This document shows, one piece after another, positions 42,709-52,192 of a stretch of 64,000 nt of DNA. The DNA is from an uncultured bacterium (GTDB lineage Bacteria; Acidobacteriota; Thermoanaerobaculia; Multivoradales; JAHZIX01), in NCBI GenBank assembly GCA_965368975.1, contig CBDUPA010000009.1, positions 64,001-128,000 on the forward strand, given 5' to 3'. A program made the position numbers and the translations under genes. A model generated the notes under the pieces. The model searched no databases. It saw only the letters and a program-made list of their open reading frames with translations, and was not told the DNA's origin. How positions within the stretch are numbered: the stretch's first letter is position 1; each line of letters starts with the position of its first letter.

Positions 42709-45288
42709 ATGAAGACTGCCACCTCCCTGCTGTTGTCTGCCTTGATCGTGGTCGCAGTACCGCTGCTGGCAGACAGGACGGAGCCGAACAGTGATGACCT
42801 CGAAGCCCGCTTCGCGGCGCCGCTGCGCGCCATCCACGAGGCCCAGCTGCAGGAGCTGCGGCCGCTGCTGACCGAGAGCGAAGCGGAGGCCCTTGCAGAG
42901 CTGACGGGCCACGCACGCAAGCAAGCCTTCATCGACGCTCTTTGGCGCCAGCTCGACCCCGAGAAGGCGACCCCGCGCAACGAGGCGCGCGAACGCTGGA
43001 ACCGCCAGGCACGGCACCTGCGCGGCATTTCGCTGCTACCCGGCACCGATCCCGTCTGGGTGCGTCGCTTGGCCGGCCCTCCGACGCTCATGGCCAACCT
43101 CTCCAGCCTGTGTGCTGCGCTGCGCCCGATCCGCATCTGGTTCTATGACCTGGGCGATGGGGAGTCGATGTACACGCTCTTCGTCGAGATTGGACAGGGC
43201 GTCGCGGAGCGCTCCCGTAACTTCGAGTTGTGGTGGCCCGAGCGAGGAGTCGCGCGGCTGGCGCGAGTCGGCTCGTCGTGGGCAAGCCTGACACCAGAAG
43301 CGTTGGTTCGGCGCGTGCTGCAAGGTGACGAGGCGTGCTCGATAGAGAATCACGGTGCAGAGCACCGCTTTTTCGACATGGCCGTTCTCAGTGCCGCCGA
43401 CTGGTCGCGAGTCTACGAGCTGAGTGGGTTTCCGCGGCCCGACGAGTCGGGCCAGCGCCTGCAAACGATTCTGGCCGCTGTCGAAGGGGTTCCCGTCTCG
43501 GCGCCCCTGGATGTAGGCATGGGCGAGCTGACCTGGGCCGCGGTTGGGCAGTACGACGGGCGCACTCTGGTCGAGGGGCGAGTGCAACTTCCCCTCGAGA
43601 CCGCCGGGATCGACGACCCTCGAGAGCTCGCCGTGGTGCAACTCGACCTCGAAGGCGAGATCTGGCACCGGTCGGAGGTCGTGGAGTCGTTCCGCTACGC
43701 CTTCCACTCGGCCCGGCTGAATTCAGACCAGCGATCGACCCAGCTGTTCTTCTTGCGCGCTCTCGAGCCCGGGAACTACCTGCTGAGTCTGCACGGGAGT
43801 CGCCGGGGCTCGGTATTCTTGCGCCGCTTCGTGGAACTCCAGGTGCCCGAGATCCAAGCTTCGGCCGCCACCGGGGCGGCACCGCCTGCAGGCGACGACG
43901 ACCTGGCGCGCTTGGTCGACGCACCCAGCGTCGCGATCTTCAACCAGTACACCAGCGTCCGCATTCAGCCGCCGGGGCAGACCCTGCTGTTCGGCGAGGT
44001 CGAGATCGCCATAGAGACCACGGGCGGTACCGTGGCGGCGGTGGAACTGCACCTCAATGGCTCTCTCGTGGCGCGTCTCGACGAGGCTCCGTTCCGCTCC
44101 ACGATCGACCTGGGGCGAGACCCTCGCCGTCATGCGCTGGAAGCGATCGCACTCGATGCCGCCGGCCAGCCGGTGGCGCGCGACGAGGTGGAGCTGAACA
44201 CGGGCTGGCACCACTTCGCGGTACGCCTGGTCGAACCGAACAGCCTGCGCCCCGCGGGTAGCCAGGTGCGTGCCCTGGTCGAGGTCGATGTCCCGAAGCT
44301 GGCTGCTCTGGACCGCGTCGAACTGTTCCTCAACGACGAACCGATCACCACCCTGTACCAGGCCCCCTTCGCGCACACGATGCAAGTCCATCCCGGGCAT
44401 CAGATGCTGCGGGCAGTGGCACATCTGCAGGACGGTCGTACAGCGGAAGACCTTCAGCTCCTGCAGGCACGGGGTGAGATCGACGAGATCGATGTGCAGA
44501 TGGTCGAGATGTACGTCGGCGTCACCGAAGGGAGGCACCTGGTCGAGGATCTCCAGCGGCAGGACTTCGTGATCCTGGAAGAGGGTGTCGCACAGCAGAT
44601 CGAGCGCTTCGAGTACATTGACAATCTGCCAGTCAACGTGGTGATCCTGATGGACTCCTCCGGCTCGATGCGCAGCAGCATGGCTGCGGCGATCGCCAGC
44701 ACCCTCGGCTTCATCGATGCCGTGCTCACCGAGCGCGACCGCGCCGCGATCGTCGAGTTCAACCACGCCACCGATTTGATCGCCCCCTTCACCAAGAATC
44801 TGGATCACTTGCGTCTGGCGGCGGCGAGCATGGGGGCTCACGGCGGTACGCGCCTGCACGACGCAGTCATCCTGTCGACGCACTACTTCGGCGGTCTGGA
44901 AGGCAAGCGAGCGTTGGTGGTGATCTCGGACGGTCTCGACCAGCACAGCTTCTTCACGGCCTCTCAGATGGTCGAGTACGGACTCCGCTCGGGTGTGGCC
45001 GTCTACACGATTTCGCTGCAATCCGGCAACGCCAACCCGACCCAGCGCCGCGTGCACCAGCGGCAACTACGAAGATTGTCCGAGGAGACAGGTGGCCGTC
45101 ATTTCGACGTGACGCTGTTCAGCGACCTGGACAAGATCTATGAGCAGATCCGGCGCGAACTGCGCTCCCAATACCTGCTCGCCTACCATGCTCCGGAGGG
45201 GGCGGAAGGCCTACGACGCGTGACGGTCGAGGTGAAGGGCCGGGATGGCCTGCGCGTCCGCACCCGACAGGGCTACATCGCCCGCTAG
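42709..45288 (+). CDS. Secreted GWxTD-like + Ig-like + VWA domain protein
   Basis: FIDALWRQLDP..TPRNE..GTD..AGPP..IWFY; MIDAS DSSGS; ends TRQGYI; GGAGGA RBS. Confidence 0.85.
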   Translation: MKTATSLLLSALIVVAVPLLADRTEPNSDDLEARFAAPLRAIHEAQLQELRPLLTESEAEALAELTGHARKQAFIDALWRQLDPEKATPRNEARERWNRQARHLRGISLLPGTDPVWVRRLAGPPTLMANLSSLCAALRPIRIWFYDLGDGESMYTLFVEIGQGVAERSRNFELWWPERGVARLARVGSSWASLTPEALVRRVLQGDEACSIENHGAEHRFFDMAVLSAADWSRVYELSGFPRPDESGQRLQTILAAVEGVPVSAPLDVGMGELTWAAVGQYDGRTLVEGRVQLPLETAGIDDPRELAVVQLDLEGEIWHRSEVVESFRYAFHSARLNSDQRSTQLFFLRALEPGNYLLSLHGSRRGSVFLRRFVELQVPEIQASAATGAAPPAGDDDLARLVDAPSVAIFNQYTSVRIQPPGQTLLFGEVEIAIETTGGTVAAVELHLNGSLVARLDEAPFRSTIDLGRDPRRHALEAIALDAAGQPVARDEVELNTGWHHFAVRLVEPNSLRPAGSQVRALVEVDVPKLAALDRVELFLNDEPITTLYQAPFAHTMQVHPGHQMLRAVAHLQDGRTAEDLQLLQARGEIDEIDVQMVEMYVGVTEGRHLVEDLQRQDFVILEEGVAQQIERFEYIDNLPVNVVILMDSSGSMRSSMAAAIASTLGFIDAVLTERDRAAIVEFNHATDLIAPFTKNLDHLRLAAASMGAHGGTRLHDAVILSTHYFGGLEGKRALVVISDGLDQHSFFTASQMVEYGLRSGVAVYTISLQSGNANPTQRRVHQRQLRRLSEETGGRHFDVTLFSDLDKIYEQIRRELRSQYLLAYHAPEGAEGLRRVTVEVKGRDGLRVRTRQGYIAR

Positions 45289-45356
45289 CACCAGGGAGTA
45301 TCGCCCGCTGGCGGTTGCCCACGGCGACCTGTGAGCTCCTCGGATATCCTTGGCGG

Positions 45357-46379
45357 GTGACCTCCACCACCTTGCCACCAAGGGGCCGCTGGGCGCCGTC
45401 GCCGACCGGCCTGCTGCACGTCGGCAGCGCCCGCACCGCCCTGGTCGCCTGGCTGAGTGTGCGCAGCCGCGGCGGCAGCTTCGTCTGGCGTGTCGAGGAT
45501 CTGGACCCACCACGCGAAGTGCCCGGCATGGCGCTGGCGGCGCGCGACGACCTGACGTGGCTCGGCCTGGACTGGGACGAAGGTCCGGATGTCGGCGGAG
45601 TGCATGCGCCGTACGAGCAGAGCCGCCGCACCGAGATCTATGATCGAGCCATCGCTTTCCTGGCAATGCACGACCGCCTGTTTCCGTGCCGGCTGTCACG
45701 CAAGGACTTGCAGCAGCTGGCCACGGCACCACACGGCAGCGAAGGACTGCCGCCGTACCCACCCGACGCCCGCCCGCGGCAACTGGCACCGGACTGGTTC
45801 GATTCCTGGCGCCGAGGCGAGAAGGCGGACGCAGCCCTGCGCTTCCGGGTGAGCAGTGGTCCCGTGAGCTTCGACGATCGCGTCGCCGGACGGGTCACCC
45901 AGCACGTCGACCGGGAGGTGGGTGACTTCGTGCTCAAGCGTCGCGACGGCTTGTTCGCGTACCAACTGGCTGTCGTGGTCGACGATCTGGCGATGGGCAT
46001 CACGGAGGTGGTCCGGGGCTCAGACCTTCTCGAGTCCACCGGGCGTCAACTCCAATTGATCGAGGCCCTGCGACCGCTCTACCCGGATGCGCCGGTGCCG
46101 ACCTACATGCACCTGCCATTGTTGCTCAACCCTGCCGGAGAGAAGCTCTCGAAGCGTGACGGCAGCGTGACGCTGGCCTCGTTGCGCGAGGCGGGCGTGG
46201 ATGCAACCCAGCTCGTGGGCTGGCTCGGTGCCTCGCTAGGTCTCCTCGAGCAACCTCGCACCGTCACGGCGCGGCAGCTCGTCGCACTCTTTGACGAGTC
46301 ACGCCTCGCCGAGAACGCTCGCGGGCAGGGAGATTCGCGTCTACCGGAAGATCTGGCTTCTTTTCTGCGTTCTCTGTGA
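45357..46379 (+). CDS. gluQ: Glutamyl-Q tRNA(Asp) synthetase
   Basis: RWAPSPTG.LHVGS, RVEDLDPPR, QS.R, YQLAVVVDD..GIT.VVRG.DLL, KLSKR; lacks the anticodon-binding domain. Confidence 0.9.
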   Translation: MTSTTLPPRGRWAPSPTGLLHVGSARTALVAWLSVRSRGGSFVWRVEDLDPPREVPGMALAARDDLTWLGLDWDEGPDVGGVHAPYEQSRRTEIYDRAIAFLAMHDRLFPCRLSRKDLQQLATAPHGSEGLPPYPPDARPRQLAPDWFDSWRRGEKADAALRFRVSSGPVSFDDRVAGRVTQHVDREVGDFVLKRRDGLFAYQLAVVVDDLAMGITEVVRGSDLLESTGRQLQLIEALRPLYPDAPVPTYMHLPLLLNPAGEKLSKRDGSVTLASLREAGVDATQLVGWLGASLGLLEQPRTVTARQLVALFDESRLAENARGQGDSRLPEDLASFLRSL

Positions 46380-46422
46380 CATCTACAGCCCAAGTCCGCT
46401 CGTTTTCAGAGGAGAACTCCCG

Positions 46423-49020
46423 ATGTCCGTCGATTCTCGTCGCCCTTTTTGCCACGCTTCGCGAACCTCTTCGCGGCTCTTGCCTGCATTCTTTCTGACC
46501 CTTGTCTCTTCCCTTGGTTTCCTACCGGCCTCGATGGCTCAACCCCAGCCAGACTCACAGCAACCAGCCCCTCCGCTGGCGGCCCCTCCGCTGCAGGAGT
46601 ACTACCAGAGTCTGCTGGACGAATTGGGGCCGCTGCTCAGCCAAGCCGAGACGCAAGCGTTCACCCAGCTGCAGGCTCCTCGGCAGCGCGAAGCCTTCCT
46701 GCGCGAGTTCTGGCGTCAGCGCGACCCACAGCCAGAGACGGAGCACAACGAACTGCAAGAGCGCTGGCAGCAGCAAGTGCAGGCGGCACGCCAGTACTAC
46801 CCACTGCTGCAGGGCGACCGTGCGCGATCCATGATGCTGGCCGGCGCGCCGACCCTGACGGCGGCCTTTCGCGGTTGCGGCGGCACGCGGCCACTGGAAA
46901 TCTGGTTCTACAGCGACAGTGCCAGCTCCTTCTATCTTGCCTTCGTCTCGACCGACGAGGGCAGCCACGAACTCTGGTGGCCGGGCCGAGGACTCGAGCT
47001 CCTGATCAGCGATCCGGATTGGATCAAGTACGATACCGAAAAACTCATCGAGCGCTTCAACCGCTCCTTGCGCGAGGGCTGCAGCGGGGAACAACGGGGC
47101 ACTCTGCGCTTCTTCGAGCAGACGGTGCAGAATGCACTGAGCTGGGACGACCTGCGCACGCGCACGCGCACGCCGGCTCCGGTCGACGCCTGGGTACCGA
47201 GTTTCCTGGCCAGGCTGCAAGCCCGCGCCGCCGCCGACAAGCAGTCCCTGCTGCCGGGCGCCGAGCTCGACTTGAGCGTAGGCGGCCGCCTCCAAGGCCA
47301 GACGGTACTGCAGGGCCGCGTCACGCTTCCGCTCTCCGACTTGGGTATCGAGGACACCACCGAATTGGCGACGCTCGAGCTCAGCCTCGAAGGTGAGCTA
47401 TTGTCCGCGGGCTCCCGCGTCGACAGCTTTCGCTACACCTTCCACTCCGCCGGCCGCGATGCCACCGGCAAAGCGGTGGAACTCACCTTCTTCCGCGCGG
47501 TGACCCCCGGGCCCTACCTGCTCCGGCTCGAGGCTCGTGGTTCACAGGGGCTCTTGTTGGACCGCTTCGTGGAAGTGGACGTCCCCGAGGGGCAGCACGC
47601 GGCCGGCGCGACCGACAACGAACGCTTGAACACCCTCTCCCGAGCGTCGGACATCGAGATATTTGACAGCTATCACAGCGTGCAGCTGATCCCGCCGGCC
47701 GACCTGTTGATCGTGGACGAGGTGGAGATCGCCACCCTGACCACGGGCGCGGGCGTCCAGTCGGTGGAACTCTGGCTCAACGACGAGCTGGCGGCACGCA
47801 TCGACAGACCTCCGTTCCGAGCCACCATCGATGTCGGACCGGAGCCTCAGCAACACCAGTTGGAGGCCGTGGCCCTCGGCGCGGACGGACAAGCCCTGGC
47901 ACGGGACCGGCTGCAGCTGAATGCCGGGCGTCACCACTTCGGCGTGCGGCTGCTGGAGCCCAACGGCCTGCAGCAGCCGGGCACCCAGGTGCGCGCGGTG
48001 GCCGAGGTCGAGATTCCGGAGGCGGCAGAGCTGGACCGCGTCGAGCTCTACCTGAACGAGACCCTGCTGGCGACGCTCTACCAGCCGCCATTCATCCAGC
48101 CCTTTTCCGTCCCCGAAGCCGAGTGGACCACGACCTTCGTGCGCGCCGTGGCTTACCTGAAGAACGGACGCTCAACCGAGGATCTGCAGCTCGTGCAGGC
48201 GCGCGGCGAGCTCGACCAGATCGACGTCCAGTTGGTCGAACTGTACGCCACGGTGACGCGCGGCGAGCGTCTGGTCATGGACCTGAAGCGCGACAAGTTC
48301 CAGATCCTGGAAGACGGCAAGCCACAGCGCATCGAGCGCTTCGAGCGCATGGACAACCTGCCGATCAATGTGGTGGTGTTGATGGACACCTCACAGTCGA
48401 TGCGAGCCGCGATCGCGCCGGCCACCGCCAGTGCCTTGGGCTTCATCGATTCCGTGCTCACCGAGCGCGACCAGGCCGCCTTCATCCGTTTCAACCACGT
48501 CAGCCAGCTGGTGACGCCGTTCACCAACAGCCTGGAGCGGTTGCGCCTGGGCGTCAGCGGCCTGCAGGCTTCGGGCGGTACCCGTCTTTACGACAGCCTG
48601 ATCCAGGCGATGTACTACTTCTCGGGCATCGAGGGGAAACGAGCCCTGGTGCTGCTCTCAGATGGCAACGACGAACACAGCCACTTCGGCTTCCGACAAG
48701 TGGTCGACTACGGCCTGCGTTCGGGTGTCGCCGTGTACGCCATCGCCCTGGAGAGCGGACTCGAAGACCCGCGCAGCACCAGGCAGCACCGCGACGAACT
48801 CGCCGAGCTGGCTTTGCTCACCGGTGGCCGCTTCTTCCGTGTGCGCAGTCTGATGCGCCTGGACGACGTCTACGAGCAGATCCAGCTGGAGCTGCGCTCG
48901 CAGTACCTGCTGACCTACTACTCGCCCGAGGGCTCACCCGGCTTCCGGCGAGTCGACCTCGAGGTCGAGGGTTCCAACCGACTGCAGGTGAAGACGCGGC
49001 AGGGCTACATCCGGCGCTGA
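46423..49020 (+). CDS. Secreted GWxTD-like + Ig-like + VWA domain protein
   Basis: FLREFWRQRDPQPET.HNE..GDRA..AGAP..EIWFY; MIDAS DTSQS; ends TRQGYI. Confidence 0.88.
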   Translation: MSVDSRRPFCHASRTSSRLLPAFFLTLVSSLGFLPASMAQPQPDSQQPAPPLAAPPLQEYYQSLLDELGPLLSQAETQAFTQLQAPRQREAFLREFWRQRDPQPETEHNELQERWQQQVQAARQYYPLLQGDRARSMMLAGAPTLTAAFRGCGGTRPLEIWFYSDSASSFYLAFVSTDEGSHELWWPGRGLELLISDPDWIKYDTEKLIERFNRSLREGCSGEQRGTLRFFEQTVQNALSWDDLRTRTRTPAPVDAWVPSFLARLQARAAADKQSLLPGAELDLSVGGRLQGQTVLQGRVTLPLSDLGIEDTTELATLELSLEGELLSAGSRVDSFRYTFHSAGRDATGKAVELTFFRAVTPGPYLLRLEARGSQGLLLDRFVEVDVPEGQHAAGATDNERLNTLSRASDIEIFDSYHSVQLIPPADLLIVDEVEIATLTTGAGVQSVELWLNDELAARIDRPPFRATIDVGPEPQQHQLEAVALGADGQALARDRLQLNAGRHHFGVRLLEPNGLQQPGTQVRAVAEVEIPEAAELDRVELYLNETLLATLYQPPFIQPFSVPEAEWTTTFVRAVAYLKNGRSTEDLQLVQARGELDQIDVQLVELYATVTRGERLVMDLKRDKFQILEDGKPQRIERFERMDNLPINVVVLMDTSQSMRAAIAPATASALGFIDSVLTERDQAAFIRFNHVSQLVTPFTNSLERLRLGVSGLQASGGTRLYDSLIQAMYYFSGIEGKRALVLLSDGNDEHSHFGFRQVVDYGLRSGVAVYAIALESGLEDPRSTRQHRDELAELALLTGGRFFRVRSLMRLDDVYEQIQLELRSQYLLTYYSPEGSPGFRRVDLEVEGSNRLQVKTRQGYIRR

Positions 49021-49043
49021 GCGTCAACTGAAGGAGGAAGGCC

Positions 49044-50540
49044 ATGACGAAGAAGCAAACCATGTCGAAGGGGCGAACCAGAACCGGCAGCACCGCGCTG
49101 ACCGCGCTGCTCACTCTCTTGCTGAGCAGCTCCACCAGCGCTGGCGAAGGCAGTACGGTAACGGACGTCGCGGCGGCAGAGGTAACGACTGCCGAACGCT
49201 ATCCGAGCATCCAGCTTATCGTCCCAACCCCCAAGCTGTTGATCGACAAGATCGACGTCGAAACCTTGGTCACGGGTTCCGACATCCGCACCGTCGAGTT
49301 GTGGCTGAACGGGCAGCTGGCCACCGAGATTCGGCGCCCCCCCTTCTTGGCGCGTATCGATGTGGGCCCCGAGCCACGCGAACACGAGCTTGGCGCCGTT
49401 GCTCGGGATGGCGAAGGGCGGATGGTAGCGCGGGACCGTGTACGGCTCAACGCTGGGCGGCATCTCTTCGACATCCGGCTGTTGTCTCCCACAGGCTTGC
49501 AGCCGGCCGGCGGTGAGATCTATGCCCATGCGCAGGTGAAGGTCCCCGAAGGCGCGGAGCTCGACCGCGTGGAGATCTTCCTCGGCGATCAGCTGCACTC
49601 GACACTGGAACAGCCCCCCTTCGTGCAGCCGATCGCGATTCCACCGGAGGACCCACAGGCGACCTACGTGCGCGCCGTCGCGCACTTGCAGGACGGGCGC
49701 TCCACCCACACGTTGCAGCTGGTGCAGGCACCCAGCGAGGGCGACGAGGTCGAGCGGCCGCTGGTGGAACTCTACGCGACGGTGACCCGCGGGCGTACCC
49801 TGGTCCCCAACCTGACGCGTGACAGCTTCAAGATCTTTGAGGAGGGTGAGCCGCAGCAGGTCGAAGGCTTCGAGTACGTCAACGATCTGCCGATCCACGT
49901 GGTGCTGCTGATGGACGCGTCCAGGTCCATGCACGAGGCGCTCCATTGGGCCAGCGCCAGTGCGTTGAGCTTCCTTGAGGCCATGCTCACCGAACTCGAC
50001 CGAGCCGCCGTCATTCGCTTCGACCACCAGATCCACCTGATGGCGCCGTTCACCAACGACATGCAACGCCTACAGTCGGACATCCGGAATCTGACTTCGG
50101 GCGGTGGTAGCCGGCTCTACGACGGCCTCATCCAAGCGATGTATTACTGCGCTGGCATCGAGGGCAAGCGAGCAGTAGTGGTGCTATCCGATGGTCCCGA
50201 CAGGAGCAGCCAGTTCGATTTCCAACAAGTCCTCGACTACAGCCTGCGCTCCGGTGTCGGTATCTACACCATCTCGATAGAGACCTCGACCACCAAGCCC
50301 CCCATGCGGCACATCAAGCAACTCCGGATCCTGGCCGAGCAGACCGGCGGCCACTTCTTCCGCATTCAAACACCGCTGCAGTTGACTGCGGCCTACGAGG
50401 AGATCCGGCAGGAGCTGCGCTCACAGTACCTGCTGACCTATTCCGCGCCCAAGGGCAAAGACGGCTTACGGCGCGTGCGCGTCGAGACTGACGGTCTGCA
50501 GCTGGAGGTCCAGACGCGGCAAGGGTACATCACCCAGTAG
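49044..50540 (+). CDS. Secreted Ig-like + VWA domain protein
   Basis: AGGAGG RBS, signal peptide, MIDAS DASRS, ends TRQGYI. Confidence 0.88.
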   Translation: MTKKQTMSKGRTRTGSTALTALLTLLLSSSTSAGEGSTVTDVAAAEVTTAERYPSIQLIVPTPKLLIDKIDVETLVTGSDIRTVELWLNGQLATEIRRPPFLARIDVGPEPREHELGAVARDGEGRMVARDRVRLNAGRHLFDIRLLSPTGLQPAGGEIYAHAQVKVPEGAELDRVEIFLGDQLHSTLEQPPFVQPIAIPPEDPQATYVRAVAHLQDGRSTHTLQLVQAPSEGDEVERPLVELYATVTRGRTLVPNLTRDSFKIFEEGEPQQVEGFEYVNDLPIHVVLLMDASRSMHEALHWASASALSFLEAMLTELDRAAVIRFDHQIHLMAPFTNDMQRLQSDIRNLTSGGGSRLYDGLIQAMYYCAGIEGKRAVVVLSDGPDRSSQFDFQQVLDYSLRSGVGIYTISIETSTTKPPMRHIKQLRILAEQTGGHFFRIQTPLQLTAAYEEIRQELRSQYLLTYSAPKGKDGLRRVRVETDGLQLEVQTRQGYITQ

Positions 50541-50579
50541 CTGACTGAATTCGGAGGAAATACTGACCGGGAGGAAGGA

Positions 50580-50664
50580 TGGTGCCGAAGGCCGGACTCG
50601 AACCGGCACGGGTTGCCCCACACGCCCCTCAAGCGTGCGCGTCTACCAATTCCGCCACTTCGGC
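50580..50664 (-). tRNA. tRNA-Leu(GAG)
   Basis: GCCGAAGTGGCGGAATTGGTAGACGCG-CACGC-TTGAGGG-GCGTG...GGTTCGAGTCC..CTTCGGCACCA; long variable arm; canonical position after secG. Confidence 0.97.
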
Positions 50665-50779
50665 TGATCGGTCAGTCTGTCAAAGGCGCCGCGCGGGAGA
50701 ACCGGCCCGAGAGGGCGAGGTTCCGGCGGCTCGGAAGAGCGCGATTATACACCATCCGAGCCGGGCGGCGGCGGGAGAG

Positions 50780-51235
50780 TCAGTTGCCCGAGGCGGGAGG
50801 GGCGTCGCCCTCGGAGGCGGCGGCGGCCGCATCGGCCGAACCGGCGTCGCCTGCCTCGGTCTCACCCGTGTTGTCGTCGATGGTGTCGGGACCGCTATCG
50901 GTCGCCTCGCCCTCGACACCTTCGCTCTCCGTAGCCTCGTCCGCGGCAGTCGCCGCATCTTCGGCCGCGGCTTCGGTCTCGACGTCGGTCATCACCGACG
51001 AGGCGCCGCGGCCACTTTCCATCATCGCGATGGCGATGGTGGTCACCATGAAGGCGACGAAGAAGCTGACGGTCAGCTTGTGAAGCAAGGAGGTGGCGCC
51101 CGTGGCACCGAAGGCGGTCTGGGTGCTACCACCACCGAACACCGAAAGGTCCGCGCCCTTACCACTCTGTAGCAACACGACTACGATGAGGAAGAGACAG
51201 ATCAGGGTGTGCACTGTGTACATCAGATAGATCAT
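50780..51235 (-). CDS. secG: Preprotein translocase SecG with long acidic tail
   Basis: LIVVVLLQSGKGADL..FGGG...FGA.G....L.KLT; tpiA-secG-tRNA-Leu synteny. Confidence 0.93.
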   Translation of the reverse strand: MIYLMYTVHTLICLFLIVVVLLQSGKGADLSVFGGGSTQTAFGATGATSLLHKLTVSFFVAFMVTTIAIAMMESGRGASSVMTDVETEAAAEDAATAADEATESEGVEGEATDSGPDTIDDNTGETEAGDAGSADAAAAASEGDAPPASGN

Positions 51236-51300
51236 CAGAACCCTCCGCGGGTCTGGGAGTTGGCGAAATCTTAGGAAGGCGCTTCAGGCCGGCCGCAACT

Positions 51301-52077
51301 TCAGGCTTGCGAGCGGCCGGAAGCCGTAATAATAGCCCAAAACGAGTCTGGGTCAAGGCTGGCTCCCCCTACGAGGAAGCCATCGACGTCACTTTCGGCG
51401 ATCAGCTCGTCGACGTTGGCCGGCTTGGCCGAGCCACCGTAGAGGAGGCGCGTGGCGGCCGCGGTGTCGGCGCCGAGCTGCGAGACGAGCTGTGAGCGCA
51501 GGAAGGCGTGGGCTTCCTGTGCCAGCTGCGGTGTCGCCGTCTTGCCGGTCCCGATCGCCCACACCGGCTCGTAGGCGATGGCGAAGGTGCGCGGGTCCCA
51601 GCTCGAACTCGCCGCCAGCACGGCGCGCAGCTGGCGCTCCAGCACTTCGAACGTGCGCTCGGCTTCCCGCTCTTCGAGCGTCTCACCGACGCAGATCATC
51701 GGCCTGAGGCCATGTTCCCGCGCCGCCAGCGCCTTGCGCGCCACGTGCGCATCGTCTTCGCCATGGTCGGCGCGCCGCTCACTGTGCCCGCACAGCACCC
51801 ACGAGCAACCGATGTCGGTCAGCTGCGGTCCGGAAGTGTCGCCGGTATGGGCGCCCTTGGCGGCGGTGTGCAGATCCTGGCCACCCCAGGAGGCAGTGGA
51901 CCCGGCCAAGCCCTCGGCGACCGTCGGCAGCAGGGTAAAGCCGGGAAAGAGGACCACGTCGGCCCCCGGGTCTCCCGCGGCCAGGTGCTCGCGCAGGCGT
52001 GCCGAGAAGGCTTTGGCATCGGCGCGCAGCAGGTTCATCTTCCAATTGGCGGCGGCGATTGGACGTCGGGTGGTCAT
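51301..52077 (-). CDS. tpiA: Triosephosphate isomerase
   Basis: ANWKMN, GHSERR, AYEPVWAIGTG, LYGGS, LVGGASL. Confidence 0.98.
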   Translation of the reverse strand: MTTRRPIAAANWKMNLLRADAKAFSARLREHLAAGDPGADVVLFPGFTLLPTVAEGLAGSTASWGGQDLHTAAKGAHTGDTSGPQLTDIGCSWVLCGHSERRADHGEDDAHVARKALAAREHGLRPMICVGETLEEREAERTFEVLERQLRAVLAASSSWDPRTFAIAYEPVWAIGTGKTATPQLAQEAHAFLRSQLVSQLGADTAAATRLLYGGSAKPANVDELIAESDVDGFLVGGASLDPDSFWAIITASGRSQA

Positions 52078-52094
52078 GTTTTCTCCTGCGGGGA

Positions 52095-52163
52095 GGACAG
52101 CCACATTGGGCCGCCCCTACCCGGAATCTGAATCTGGGTAGGGGCACCCCCGTGCGGGTGCCC
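52095..52163. repeat. Inverted pair of GTAG-type REP elements
   Basis: GTAGGGGCACCCCCGTGCGGGTGCCC (52138-52163, +) and GTAGGGGCGGCCCAATGTGGCTGTCC (52095-52120, -). Confidence 0.7.
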
Positions 52164-52192
52164 TGGGTGGTGGAGGCGGGAGTCCTGAACCT

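Noticed and set aside
50580-50664. tRNA-Leu(GAG) as a dedicated PEARL substrate or an island integration site
   Set aside because: secG-tRNA-Leu(GAG) is standard synteny; no integrase or duplicated tRNA 3' end was seen in the window.
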